Below, one piece after another: positions 1 through 9,232 of a stretch of 41,147 nt of DNA (position 1 is the stretch's first letter; each line of letters starts with the position of its first letter). The stretch lies in the NCBI GenBank assembly GCA_944371785.1, contig CALVXZ010000004.1, forward strand, positions 1 through 41,147. Direction: 5' to 3'. The notes under the pieces are model-generated. The model saw only the letters and a list, made by a program, of their open reading frames with translations, was not told the DNA's origin and did not search any database. This DNA is from an uncultured Clostridia bacterium (lineage in GTDB: Bacteria; Bacillota; Clostridia; Christensenellales; DTU072). A program made the position numbers and the translations under genes.

Positions 1-2
1 TG

Positions 3-311
3 AACTCCGCGTCGGCGTATACGGTGCGTTTTGCCGTGGTGATATTGCTGAATTATTATCTGGACAAAGATTTCCGCAGGGAAGTGCCCGCATTGCTTGC
101 CGCTTTCGACAGCGGCGAATATTACGTCAATATGGCGATCGCCTGGTATTTTTCGGCGGCGCTTGTAAAACAGTACGACGAAGTCATATCATTTTTTACG
201 TCATATTCCTTCAAAAACGTATGGGTACGCAACAAATCCATACAAAAAGCCTTGGAAAGCCGCCGCATATCCCCTGAAAGAAAAGCGTTTTTGAAAACTT
301 TGAAGGTTTAA
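3..311 (+). CDS. DNA alkylation repair protein (AlkD-like), 3' part, truncated by window start
   Basis: Frame is open from the window edge; motifs YTVRFAVV, EYYVNMAIAWYFS and NKSIQKALESRRI resemble the C-terminus of the DNA alkylation repair family. Confidence 0.8.
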   Translation, partial: NSASAYTVRFAVVILLNYYLDKDFRREVPALLAAFDSGEYYVNMAIAWYFSAALVKQYDEVISFFTSYSFKNVWVRNKSIQKALESRRISPERKAFLKTLKV

Positions 312-350
312 TCGCCGAATGCGGAAGAAGGAAAATATTTTTAATCCGAT

Positions 351-761
351 TTACCGCTTTTCCCCGTCGTGTCCGCCGTTGCCGTCGGAGCTTCCGGAGT
401 TTTCCGAGGAGTAGAGGTTTTTAAGTGCCAGAGCGTTGACCGTCAGCGAAATTATGCCCGTCGTTATGATTATCAAGCTGATGACCGCGCCTACGGAAGC
501 TATCGATTCCCATAAGCTGTCGCCCGCTTCGAATGCCGCGATTATCGAAACTTGCAAGGTCAGCACGGACATCAGCGCCGTCACCAAAGTGATGTTTCTT
601 AACCCTCGCGTCACGGGATCTTTATAAGCTATCGCGCGAACGAACTGAGAAATTGCGGACACGCATTTTACCGCGGCGAATACTGCGTTGACCACGACAT
701 CGGATATTTCCCCGGGCGGATAGGTGCCTACCGCCATCTGTATGACGGGAGCGGATACGGC
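351..761 (-). pseudogene. 5'-truncated integral membrane protein
   Basis: About three hydrophobic segments. The hydrophobic frame continues upstream of the 737 ATG (AVSAPVIQM) to ~759, then becomes non-coding-like. No SD before the ATG. Confidence 0.55.
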
Positions 762-952
762 TCCGCGCCGCCGCGCTTTCGGTTTGGTTTTCCGCGTTGT
801 TCTTGTTTTCTTTTTCGCGGCGTGTGCTTGGCTGCGGCGAGCGCAGCGAGCCGCACTTGTCTATGCAAAGCTCACGCCACGGTGCCAAAGTAGTTTTTCG
901 TTGTACAAATCGTCAAAAATTATTTTCTGTAATTTACTTTATGCACGCATTA

Positions 953-996
953 ACTCTTGCATTTTCGTTGAAAAAAGAGTATAGTATTATCAACGA
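953..996 (+). promoter_or_regulatory. Sigma-A promoter of TA operon with overlapping inverted repeats
   Basis: TTGCAT (957-962) N17 TATAGT (980-985); inverted repeats TCGTTGA (965-971)/TCAACGA (990-996) and ACTCTT (953-958)/AAGAGT (975-980). Confidence 0.6.
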
Positions 997-1005
997 GGTG
1001 TTGCT

Positions 1006-1620
1006 ATGATCAGACCTAATTATCTTAGCGAAATTAAAAGTCGAATATCCGCTTACGAAAACGGCGCTGTTTTTGTCGCCGCAGATTTTACAGATATCAC
1101 CGACAAAAAGACAGCAAGCGTCGGATTGACGCGGCTTGAAGCCGATGGGCTTCTCAAACGAGTGATCAGAGGTGTCTATTATAAACCGGAATATAGTAAA
1201 TTTTTGAAAGAGTATATTGCCCCTATTCCGGACAATGTAGCCCATGCAATCGCCCGCAATTTTGGATGGACGATTGTGCCATGTGGCGATGCGGCGCTCA
1301 ACTTGCTCGTCTTATCAACGCAAGTTCCTGCCGTTTGGCTTTACGTGAGCGACGGAACATATAAAGAATATTCTTACGATAATACCATCATCCGTTTCAA
1401 AAGGACGACAAATAAAGATATATCGAAATTTTCTTACAAGACCGCACTGACCATCCAAGCGTTAAAAGCGTTGGGAAAAGATAAGGTAGATAAAACCGTG
1501 ATTGAAAAGCTGCGGAAACTATTGTCTTCCGAGGAAAAAGCGACGATGTTGAACGAGGCGAAGATCGCCACTTCATGGATCTACGAATACATCAAACAAA
1601 TTTGCAGAGGTGAAAAATGA
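1006..1620 (+). CDS. DUF6088-family protein, AbiEi-like type IV antitoxin
   Basis: N-terminal wHTH-like LTRL..G.L.RV.RGVYYKP; G..ALN.L.LSTQVPA motif; SD GAGGTG; ATGA overlap with the toxin gene. Confidence 0.85.
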   Translation: MIRPNYLSEIKSRISAYENGAVFVAADFTDITDKKTASVGLTRLEADGLLKRVIRGVYYKPEYSKFLKEYIAPIPDNVAHAIARNFGWTIVPCGDAALNLLVLSTQVPAVWLYVSDGTYKEYSYDNTIIRFKRTTNKDISKFSYKTALTIQALKALGKDKVDKTVIEKLRKLLSSEEKATMLNEAKIATSWIYEYIKQICRGEK

Positions 1621-2621
1621 GAAATATTGCAAAAATCAATGAGCGCGACAGAAAAGCCCTCTTTCAAAATACGGCGGCTAAAATGGGCATGACGGACGCC
1701 GTTGTCGAAAAGGATTTTTGGGTATGCTATATGCTCGACTATCTCTTTCACCGCTGCGCTTGGAAAGACAAGATCGCATTTAAGGGTGGGACGAGTTTAT
1801 CAAAGGCTTATGGCCTTATAGAACGGTTTTCGGAAGATATAGATTTAATCCTCGATTGGCGCGTTCTCGGATACGGTGTTAATGAACCGTGGGAACAACG
1901 CAGCAACACTAAACAGGATGCGTTCAACAAAGAAGCGAATGCCCGTGCTGAAGTGTTTTTGCGCGATATGTTTCTTCCAGCGATCGTTTCCGATCTGACT
2001 GCCGAGCTCAGCGAGAATCTCCGCTGCTTTATGGACGGTGATGACCCGCAAACTGTAAAGATCATATATCCGAACAGCTTTTCCGATACATCGATCCTTC
2101 AGGAGATACGCCTTGAAATAGGCGCACTCGCTGCATGGACTCCCGTCAAATACGCGACGATCACGCCTTATGCCGCCGAACAATATACAAGGCTTTTTGA
2201 GCAGCCATCAACAAAAGTTCTGACCGTTTTGCCGGAACGCACTTTTTGGGAAAAGGTCACAATTTTACATAGAGAGGCGTTTCGCCCCGAAGAACGCCCC
2301 TTCCCGTTAAGATATTCGCGGCATTATTACGATCTATATAAAATGGCTCGTACCCCTGTGAAAGACAACGCTTTGCAAGATAACGATTTGTTGGAACGCG
2401 TCGTACGGTTCAAAGATAAATTTTACCGTTGTCCGTGGGCAAGATATGACCTTGCAAAACGCGGAACAATGAAATTATTGCCACCCGAATATAATGTCGC
2501 GAAGCTCCGTTCTGACTATGAGCATATGCAGAATATGCTATTTGGGGAGAAACCTGCATTCAACGAAATATTAAACGAAATGGTACAGCTCGAAACTGAA
2601 ATTAACAAGGCGCATGAATGA
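1617..2621 (+). CDS. AbiEii/AbiGii-family nucleotidyltransferase toxin
   Basis: VEKDFWV, FKGGTSLSKAY, RFSEDID, ERTFWEK and SRHYYD motifs. Confidence 0.92.
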   Translation: MRNIAKINERDRKALFQNTAAKMGMTDAVVEKDFWVCYMLDYLFHRCAWKDKIAFKGGTSLSKAYGLIERFSEDIDLILDWRVLGYGVNEPWEQRSNTKQDAFNKEANARAEVFLRDMFLPAIVSDLTAELSENLRCFMDGDDPQTVKIIYPNSFSDTSILQEIRLEIGALAAWTPVKYATITPYAAEQYTRLFEQPSTKVLTVLPERTFWEKVTILHREAFRPEERPFPLRYSRHYYDLYKMARTPVKDNALQDNDLLERVVRFKDKFYRCPWARYDLAKRGTMKLLPPEYNVAKLRSDYEHMQNMLFGEKPAFNEILNEMVQLETEINKAHE

Positions 2622-2784
2622 CCAATTTAGAGATAAAAACATTCCTCGCTAAAATGTATTGATTCTAAAATTAATATCCAAGTTTATTCAGACAAGCAAA
2701 AATAACAGAAAAGTACGTATTTCCAAAGATAATTTAAAACGAAGTTTTTGAATAAATAACGCTATCTTTGAATAGTATTCTTTG

Positions 2785-3729
2785 TTATACATGTCTAATT
2801 AAGAAAGATTGGGCTTCCACGAACCAACTATCCGCTTCCATGACCTTTACCGCCGGATCTGGTATGATTAGAGGTGAGTAATCTTCTTGACTAATTCTGT
2901 TTAACTCAACCAAATACAAATAATATTTGTCTCCCTTCAGTCTAGCAATCTCATATTCTTTTTTCGACCAATAAAAGCCAGCGTCTGATACAGCTTTGAC
3001 CTCAATAAATCGATCTGGTTCTTGAGATTGGAGTGATGCGAAAGAAACAATGTCATATCCCGCTTCAACATCTATTTCTGAGATTCGTCTAACTTTTTCA
3101 GATAAAGGCATTCCTAGCCTCTTTTTTTCATATTCCAGAACAAAGAGCTCTGCTTTCTCGCCCGCCAATTCATTTAAATGAAGTTGCCTTTTAAGTTTGT
3201 CTAATGATAATTGTTTACGTTGCTCTTTGCAATATCTAGCAATGAGCGAATCATATAAAGAAGAAATATAGAATCGAGTCCCTTGAGCATTTCTAAGAGG
3301 AACGAAAAAGCCCTGACTAATCAACGTATTTCTCACCACAGACAAAGAAAGCGGCAGCATCTCGTTTTTGAAGAAATAACTAAATTGGATTGAGTCGTAA
3401 CAGAACATCTCTGAATCCAATAGATTTTCCCTAAATAATTGATTTACCGTAGATTCGATGAGCGCATCGTTCAATTTGGCTTTGTCATTTAAAAGCTTAG
3501 CGATAGAAGGGGACACGGAGATAATTTTATCGGATAACTCTATCCAGCCAAAAGTCGCGCAATAACTAATTAGGCTTTCTAAAGCGAGATAGCATTTCCC
3601 GGGTGCATAAGAGCAAAGCACTGCCGCATCCGATATTTTTCTTTGACTAGTTCCAATCACATCGCAAAGAAAAAATAAAAGCCCATCCTTACCACCGTAG
3701 TAATTAAGATTTTTTAGTTCGTCTAACAT
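2785..3729 (-). CDS. DUF3883 (NOV_C) PD-(D/E)xK nuclease-domain protein
   Basis: C-terminal GEKAELFVLEYEK...GYDIVS...RFIEVKA...FYWS..EY..A...Y.LYLV pattern; N-terminal ~180 aa unassigned. Confidence 0.85.
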   Translation of the reverse strand: MLDELKNLNYYGGKDGLLFFLCDVIGTSQRKISDAAVLCSYAPGKCYLALESLISYCATFGWIELSDKIISVSPSIAKLLNDKAKLNDALIESTVNQLFRENLLDSEMFCYDSIQFSYFFKNEMLPLSLSVVRNTLISQGFFVPLRNAQGTRFYISSLYDSLIARYCKEQRKQLSLDKLKRQLHLNELAGEKAELFVLEYEKKRLGMPLSEKVRRISEIDVEAGYDIVSFASLQSQEPDRFIEVKAVSDAGFYWSKKEYEIARLKGDKYYLYLVELNRISQEDYSPLIIPDPAVKVMEADSWFVEAQSFLIRHV

Positions 3730-5686
3730 AATCTTTTATCAACGCCTTTATATCCTCATCACCTAAGTCTTCGGAAACATTATTAAACAAGGGAATGGGC
3801 ATGCTTTCCATAATTTCAGTCATACGCCGTTCCTTTTCGGTTAGCCGTGTATCGATTGTTTCATCGACAGTATCTTGGGATAAAATATAGTAATAGTTTG
3901 TAACTGTACCCGACTTTAATCCATAACGGTGAATACGGTCTTTTGATTGTACGAAATGCGCTGCATTAAAGGATCGTTCAACATATATAGCGTTATGGCA
4001 TGCTTTGTGTAATGAAATAGACTCTGCAACCGCAAAGGGGGTAGCAATAATAACCTTAAACGGGCAATCTGTCTGCTGAAATGCCTTTACAATTTTTTCC
4101 CTAGTGAGAATAAATTCGTCTTCGTCATCGCTTTCCCTTTCAACAGGTGTTGCACCATACAACTCCTGACAAGGGATTCCCTGATTTTCAAGATATTCTT
4201 TCAGGTCATGGATAGTGTGGATAAATGTTGCCCAAACAACCGCCTTACCGTCACTAGCCAGAATATCATCAAGCAACCGTTTTACAGCAACATATTTGGC
4301 AGGCACTTCATTTGCTTCATATTCGAGAATAGACTTCAAAACATCAGAATCATCAATTGCCTGATATTCTTCTATTGAGAATTCTTCATCTTCAAAAAAG
4401 TCACGAAGAGGCGCTTTAAGCATGGCTGGATTAGACGCAGCCTGCATTAGACGAATTATCCTAGCTTGTGCCAATGCTGCTTTGAACCGAGAAGATGTAT
4501 CTGTACCACCATCTTTCATAAATTCGTCCATATATTTCTTTTCGATAAAGCTATAGATTCTTTGTTGAAGCGGCCCCATTTGCACATAAATCGGCGGGTG
4601 GCTAGTTGCAGGCGGGATATTTAAATCACTTTTCTGAATTCGCATAAAATACGGAGAAATATTGTCAATCAAGCGACTAACTCTTGTTTGATCTCCTGTC
4701 GCCGTAATATCACGAAGCTGATTAACCTCAAAGCCCATAACGTTTTTATTAGGCCAAATGAATTTGAACATGTTGTAGATATCTTCATATCCATTGGGTG
4801 CAGGAGTCCCAGTAAGAACAATACGAGATTTACTATACTTTGACATTTCAAGTATAGCTTGTGCGATGACTCCTCCTGATGAATTCTTAGCTTTGTGTGC
4901 TTCATCAAGTACTACCATAACTTTGTTGTTTCTAAGGAAAAACCCAATTTCTTTTTGCAATGAAAGCAGAGAGGCATATGAAATCAAAGTCAATTCCGCA
5001 GGATATTTTGAAATCAAATAATCTTGCTTATCTTTCTTATTGACCCCGCCAACGAGCCGTTTTGAGTTGGCTTTACGACCAAAACATTCTTCATACTCCA
5101 GCTCCCAAGGACCAAAAGAACTTAGCGGTCCAACAATTAAAAGACACTCGACATGCTTAGGGTCATCTGCAAGAAGGTTGTGCAAATATGCATAAGCCCC
5201 ATAAACAATGCTCGTTTTGCCTGCGCCAGGTACCGAAAAGTTACATGCATTTTGAGAGAAAGCCATGTGATAGGCTGACAGAAGTTGGAGCGGATATAAA
5301 GATCTTGCTACAAGATTTTTAGCCACAGACTGTGTAAATCGTTCAAATTCACCCGCATCACATTCGTTGTTGCGAATATGGAGTGCCTTCTTTGAAAACT
5401 CTGCAAAGCGTTTTTCTTCCTCGTAATATTCTTGAACGACTTTTTCTGAATTTTCACTTTGCACCTCCGAAAATCCATATTTTGCAAGCATAGAGCTGAT
5501 GTTTGACATCACAGAAAATGTATCGTTGTTATCAACAGGAATAATAATACAATCTTCTGATATAATTGGATGTAAGAAGTCCTTTACATATCTCCAGGCA
5601 AAACGGTTTTTTTGTAAGACCGCGATATCCCCAAGTAGGTATATTTCACTTTTTACTGAATCGAAATCTATAGAGATATTTGCCAC
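3704..5686 (-). CDS. SNF2-family helicase/ATPase
   Basis: Walker A PGAGKT, DEAH, LTGTP, ESISL, QSKDRIHRYG. Probable GTG start at 5686 after GGAG (ORF track extends to 5725). Confidence 0.9.
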   Translation of the reverse strand: MANISIDFDSVKSEIYLLGDIAVLQKNRFAWRYVKDFLHPIISEDCIIIPVDNNDTFSVMSNISSMLAKYGFSEVQSENSEKVVQEYYEEEKRFAEFSKKALHIRNNECDAGEFERFTQSVAKNLVARSLYPLQLLSAYHMAFSQNACNFSVPGAGKTSIVYGAYAYLHNLLADDPKHVECLLIVGPLSSFGPWELEYEECFGRKANSKRLVGGVNKKDKQDYLISKYPAELTLISYASLLSLQKEIGFFLRNNKVMVVLDEAHKAKNSSGGVIAQAILEMSKYSKSRIVLTGTPAPNGYEDIYNMFKFIWPNKNVMGFEVNQLRDITATGDQTRVSRLIDNISPYFMRIQKSDLNIPPATSHPPIYVQMGPLQQRIYSFIEKKYMDEFMKDGGTDTSSRFKAALAQARIIRLMQAASNPAMLKAPLRDFFEDEEFSIEEYQAIDDSDVLKSILEYEANEVPAKYVAVKRLLDDILASDGKAVVWATFIHTIHDLKEYLENQGIPCQELYGATPVERESDDEDEFILTREKIVKAFQQTDCPFKVIIATPFAVAESISLHKACHNAIYVERSFNAAHFVQSKDRIHRYGLKSGTVTNYYYILSQDTVDETIDTRLTEKERRMTEIMESMPIPLFNNVSEDLGDEDIKALIKDYVRRTKKS

Positions 5687-5691
5687 TACAC

Positions 5692-6987
5692 TCAACTCCG
5701 TTCCAATATTTTTTTCATTTCCCAAGTGATTTTACTGATTTCTTTAATCATTTCCCTAATGTGAGGATCCTCAGTAAAACTGCTTTGTTCGCAATTTACC
5801 GACCTAAGGGCACTGAGGGCTCTCTCGATAAGAGCTGCAGGTTTTGTTGCATCACGCTTATCTTCAAGTTTCCGTGTAAAACGATTAAGATTCCCTTTTA
5901 GTTGCCCTTTTGCTTGTTCAATCCATGTATTATCACGCTGTCTGAGCAACAAACTAAGATCCTCACCAGGACAACGCTCTCGCAATTCTTGAACTGTCTC
6001 TTCATCAGTAGGAGTATTTTTTTGATGCTGTTCTAGGAAATCCTCCCACAAGTCTTTATAAAAAAAGATACTTCCTTCTTTTCCTGTCTTTGCAATATCT
6101 CGAAACTCTTTCCCTTCATACCTCGCCCTAATGTAATCGAAGCAAACAAGTTTTAACGCCGAAATATCCACATCGGTGTATGCCCAATCCGCATTTCGAA
6201 CATTTGCACCACGTTTAGTATATGAATCCAGATAACCTGCCAAGTCAACAAAGGGACCTTCTGTTTTCTCAAGCCTTGTATATATTCCATCGTAGTCGTA
6301 CTCTTGCAAATAATCTTCCATTAATGCCAAAATGCGCAACCAGTCTTTAATCTGGCTCGGCTTCTCACTCATAAATCCCGCAATATCTTCTTCCGAAAAG
6401 CCCAACCGTTTTAATTCCTTACATTTTAGATACTTCTCAATAGGATTGTAATCCAGCTTGTCATCCTCACCCATCTGATATATTGTCTCGAGTTGCTGGA
6501 TGTCTCTTTCTTCCGCATCGTCAGGGAGAATAATTGCAAAAAAGTATTGACAGTGCTCTACTTGATTATATGAATATCCAAGATTTTCCCGCTCATGAAA
6601 TAGGCGGTTTAATAACATAGCTCGCCGATTACCATCAACAATAATTCCGTCAGATGTCACAATTCCATATCTCTGTTGACCGTTTTTCAGCAAGCTGTCC
6701 ATAGTAATTTTATTACGATCAATCTTGGATTCGTACAAGAATTTTTCAATTATCTTTCGATCTGAATCCTCTTCTGCATTAAGTTCGCCATTTTGTTTTT
6801 CGTATGACAAAACATCTGAGCCAATTCTCCCATTATATTTGTTATAAATGAGATAAACCAGTGGTATTTTCCATACGATTGCATCTCTTGTTTCGCCCTT
6901 ATAACGCAGGGGGATGCCAGTCATTTTTTGATTTAACTGATTTTGTTGTAATTCTTGTAATTTGATTTTTCTTGTCGTAGTATCCAT
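5692..6987 (-). CDS. ParB/Sulfiredoxin-fold domain protein
   Basis: GQQRYGIVT.DG.IVDGNRR motif, followed by KLDYNPIEKY and an HTH-like GFSEEDIAGFM segment; SD GGAGG; TAATG coupling to the MTase gene. Confidence 0.75.
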   Translation of the reverse strand: MDTTTRKIKLQELQQNQLNQKMTGIPLRYKGETRDAIVWKIPLVYLIYNKYNGRIGSDVLSYEKQNGELNAEEDSDRKIIEKFLYESKIDRNKITMDSLLKNGQQRYGIVTSDGIIVDGNRRAMLLNRLFHERENLGYSYNQVEHCQYFFAIILPDDAEERDIQQLETIYQMGEDDKLDYNPIEKYLKCKELKRLGFSEEDIAGFMSEKPSQIKDWLRILALMEDYLQEYDYDGIYTRLEKTEGPFVDLAGYLDSYTKRGANVRNADWAYTDVDISALKLVCFDYIRARYEGKEFRDIAKTGKEGSIFFYKDLWEDFLEQHQKNTPTDEETVQELRERCPGEDLSLLLRQRDNTWIEQAKGQLKGNLNRFTRKLEDKRDATKPAALIERALSALRSVNCEQSSFTEDPHIREMIKEISKITWEMKKILERS

Positions 6988-8603
6988 TACTGCAGCCCTC
7001 CCATACGATTAATCAACTTTGATAGAACATAATAGCCAATAACAGTTGCAATAGGCAACCGCTTTGGTTCTCCTGTTATAGAAATGTATTGTTTCTGCTC
7101 CTCAGGTGTAAGTAATGTATCTATTAAATTCCTAACATCGTCCAGAAGTTCATATGGCCCGATGAACTGCTGTTCTGCTTGTTCTTGTGATGTCATGCAA
7201 TAAACAATTTGAAACCCGTTCATCCCTGGCATTCTGTTTTGAGTCGCTCTCAAGAAAGATTCAATCGTGTTGCGGTATTGTTGGGGAATATGATTCATTT
7301 CAATTTTTGGAGTGTACACCTTAGCCTTATTCCTCCCTTGACTATAGTGTACTTCCACATCCCACCTGAATTTTTTGTTTTCAAAGTCAGAATGATAATT
7401 TGTGAGTTCCACACGATATGCATTAATTATTAGATATGGAATATGATATTTAAATTTAGCAACATCCCTACGCCGCTGCTCTTTCTTAATCTCGAATGTC
7501 GTTCCATCAAGGTTCACAAAATCAATTGTTTTGTCATGTACTATCATCGGATAATGTTCTGGTATCGGCTCATTCTCTGTATCTGCAATGGCTTTAGCTA
7601 TCGCATATGACATTTTAGGGGGAACCGCATTTCCAACAAGTGTGTGTTTAGTAGCCTTCGTACTTCCGTAAAACCAATAGTCTATCGGAAAACTCATCAT
7701 ACAAGCCGCCTCCCTAACTGTCGGTAAACGATACATGTTTTCTCCATATTTAAGAATCATGGCCTCGCGAGAACTTGTTGACATTGTCGCCATCACAGTC
7801 CTTGCCGGCTTTTCTGTGTTTTCTGGAAATGACATTTTCCCCATATAACCTTTATCTTGTTTGAGACGCTTTGCAGTTTTCCATTCAAAATCAGCCAATT
7901 CATAAATATACCCATGATCCGTCATCTGCTGTCGTTTAAGTGTTAATTCTGGATAATTAACATCGGTTATAATATCATTCTCTGCATTAAGCGGATCCCC
8001 CAAAGAATCAAGAACCATCTGCAATGTCGCCACATCATTATCACTCTTAGTTGCAATGGGTTTTGGAAACTCTCCGCATAAATAGCGTTCTCTATTTGTA
8101 GGTGCTCCAAAATATTTAGCGTTGTACTTCCCTGATGCACCATCATGCGGTCTTAAAATGAAATCTCCTTTTAATCCTAATTCTGCAGCTTTGTATTCTT
8201 CTTTTATATACTCTTTCACTGCTGGGACATTTTCTAAAACCCAGTACTTCAGAACTGAATTCTTCTTGAATTTTTTCCGTGCTACTATCCTCAAATATGC
8301 TTCAATGAGTTGGATACCAATGGATTTATCTGCACTGCCAGATTTATTCGAATGCGAAAATGACTGACACGGCGGTGATCCTATTATCACCTCAGAGTCT
8401 GGAACTAATGTCTCAAATTCTTTGTCTGGTAATTGAGAAATACGAATAACATCATCTAGAACAACATTAACTCCAGGCTTATTTCCTTTATATGTATTTA
8501 CGGCCGGAATCCATTTGTCAACAGCGAAAACGATTTCAAAACCTGCTTGACGAAAACCTTCCGAAAAACCTCCAGCACCGCAAAAAAAGTCTGCCACCCT
8601 CAT
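6987..8603 (-). CDS. dcm: DNA (cytosine-5)-methyltransferase with ~200 aa C-terminal extension
   Basis: Motif I DFFCGAGG, IV GSPPCQSFS, VI ENV, VIII RER, IX TVREAA, X GNAVPP. Probable ATG start at 8603 after AGAAGGTG. Confidence 0.93.
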   Translation of the reverse strand: MRVADFFCGAGGFSEGFRQAGFEIVFAVDKWIPAVNTYKGNKPGVNVVLDDVIRISQLPDKEFETLVPDSEVIIGSPPCQSFSHSNKSGSADKSIGIQLIEAYLRIVARKKFKKNSVLKYWVLENVPAVKEYIKEEYKAAELGLKGDFILRPHDGASGKYNAKYFGAPTNRERYLCGEFPKPIATKSDNDVATLQMVLDSLGDPLNAENDIITDVNYPELTLKRQQMTDHGYIYELADFEWKTAKRLKQDKGYMGKMSFPENTEKPARTVMATMSTSSREAMILKYGENMYRLPTVREAACMMSFPIDYWFYGSTKATKHTLVGNAVPPKMSYAIAKAIADTENEPIPEHYPMIVHDKTIDFVNLDGTTFEIKKEQRRRDVAKFKYHIPYLIINAYRVELTNYHSDFENKKFRWDVEVHYSQGRNKAKVYTPKIEMNHIPQQYRNTIESFLRATQNRMPGMNGFQIVYCMTSQEQAEQQFIGPYELLDDVRNLIDTLLTPEEQKQYISITGEPKRLPIATVIGYYVLSKLINRMGGLQ

Positions 8604-8636
8604 AAATCGATACACCTTCTTTATGGAATATTTCTG

Positions 8637-8812
8637 CTACGTCGCTATGCCGGATTTCAACTAAGCATTTACTTCGTTGACCTTAAATTAAGGCGTCCGA
8701 TTTTTGCGACGGGCATACTTTTATCTTCTATGCAAGCGAGTACGGTATCACGGCTGACTCCAAGATATTCGCAAAATCATTTCATTGAGTACCCACGCTC
8801 AATGTTAAAGCC
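8637..8812 (-). pseudogene. Pseudogene of excisionase-like HTH (HTH_17/MerR-like) DNA-binding protein
   Basis: Manual translation IERGYSMK*FCEYLGVSRDTVLACIEDKSMPVAKIGRL /frameshift/ FKVNEVNA*LKSG; stops at 8777-8779 and 8661-8663. Confidence 0.8.
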
Positions 8813-9157
8813 AGTTGCTCATCCTCGCTTTTCGATTATTATACTTAAACAAATATAGTATAACACAATTTTCTATCCCAATCAAGGATAAATGCGGATT
8901 TATAAAGGAAATACAGGAAAATTTCATTAAAAACTCTAACTAAAAAATATAGTTGAAATGTGTTTATAAGAACATCAAAGGGGAATAAAATATCATTACA
9001 GCCACATATTCTATCAGACGCTACACACACGCGATTAACCGTATCTTCAACCGAAACATCCGGCCGCATCTCTCCCAACCGAAAATTTAAAAATACACAA
9101 TTTCTCTGCCCGTTTGTTTGATTAGAGCATACTAAGTGTCCATAAAATTATGTGACA

Positions 9158-9232
9158 GTGTATATGTTCGACAGATTCGCCCGCAATCGCCGCGACAGTA
9201 TTATGTATAAAGAAATGCTGAAACAAGATTAC
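9158..9232 (+). pseudogene. Serine recombinase (resolvase domain) internal fragment
   Basis: VYMFDRFARNRRDSIMYKEMLK matches the VYxxDRFxRNxxDSxxYKxxLK motif of large serine recombinases. Confidence 0.75.

Noticed and set aside
2618-2780. Short ORF MTNLEIKTFLAKMY overlapping the toxin stop; possible gene remnant
   Set aside because: Too short, with no recognisable family
2785-8603. Calling the operon DISARM, BREX, Zorya or a classical type I/III RM system
   Set aside because: No DUF1998, PLD, PglZ, ZorA/B, HsdS or adenine MTase genes are visible
8845-9078. 77-aa minus-strand ORF
   Set aside because: No SD or motif; lies in the AT-rich promoter/junction region
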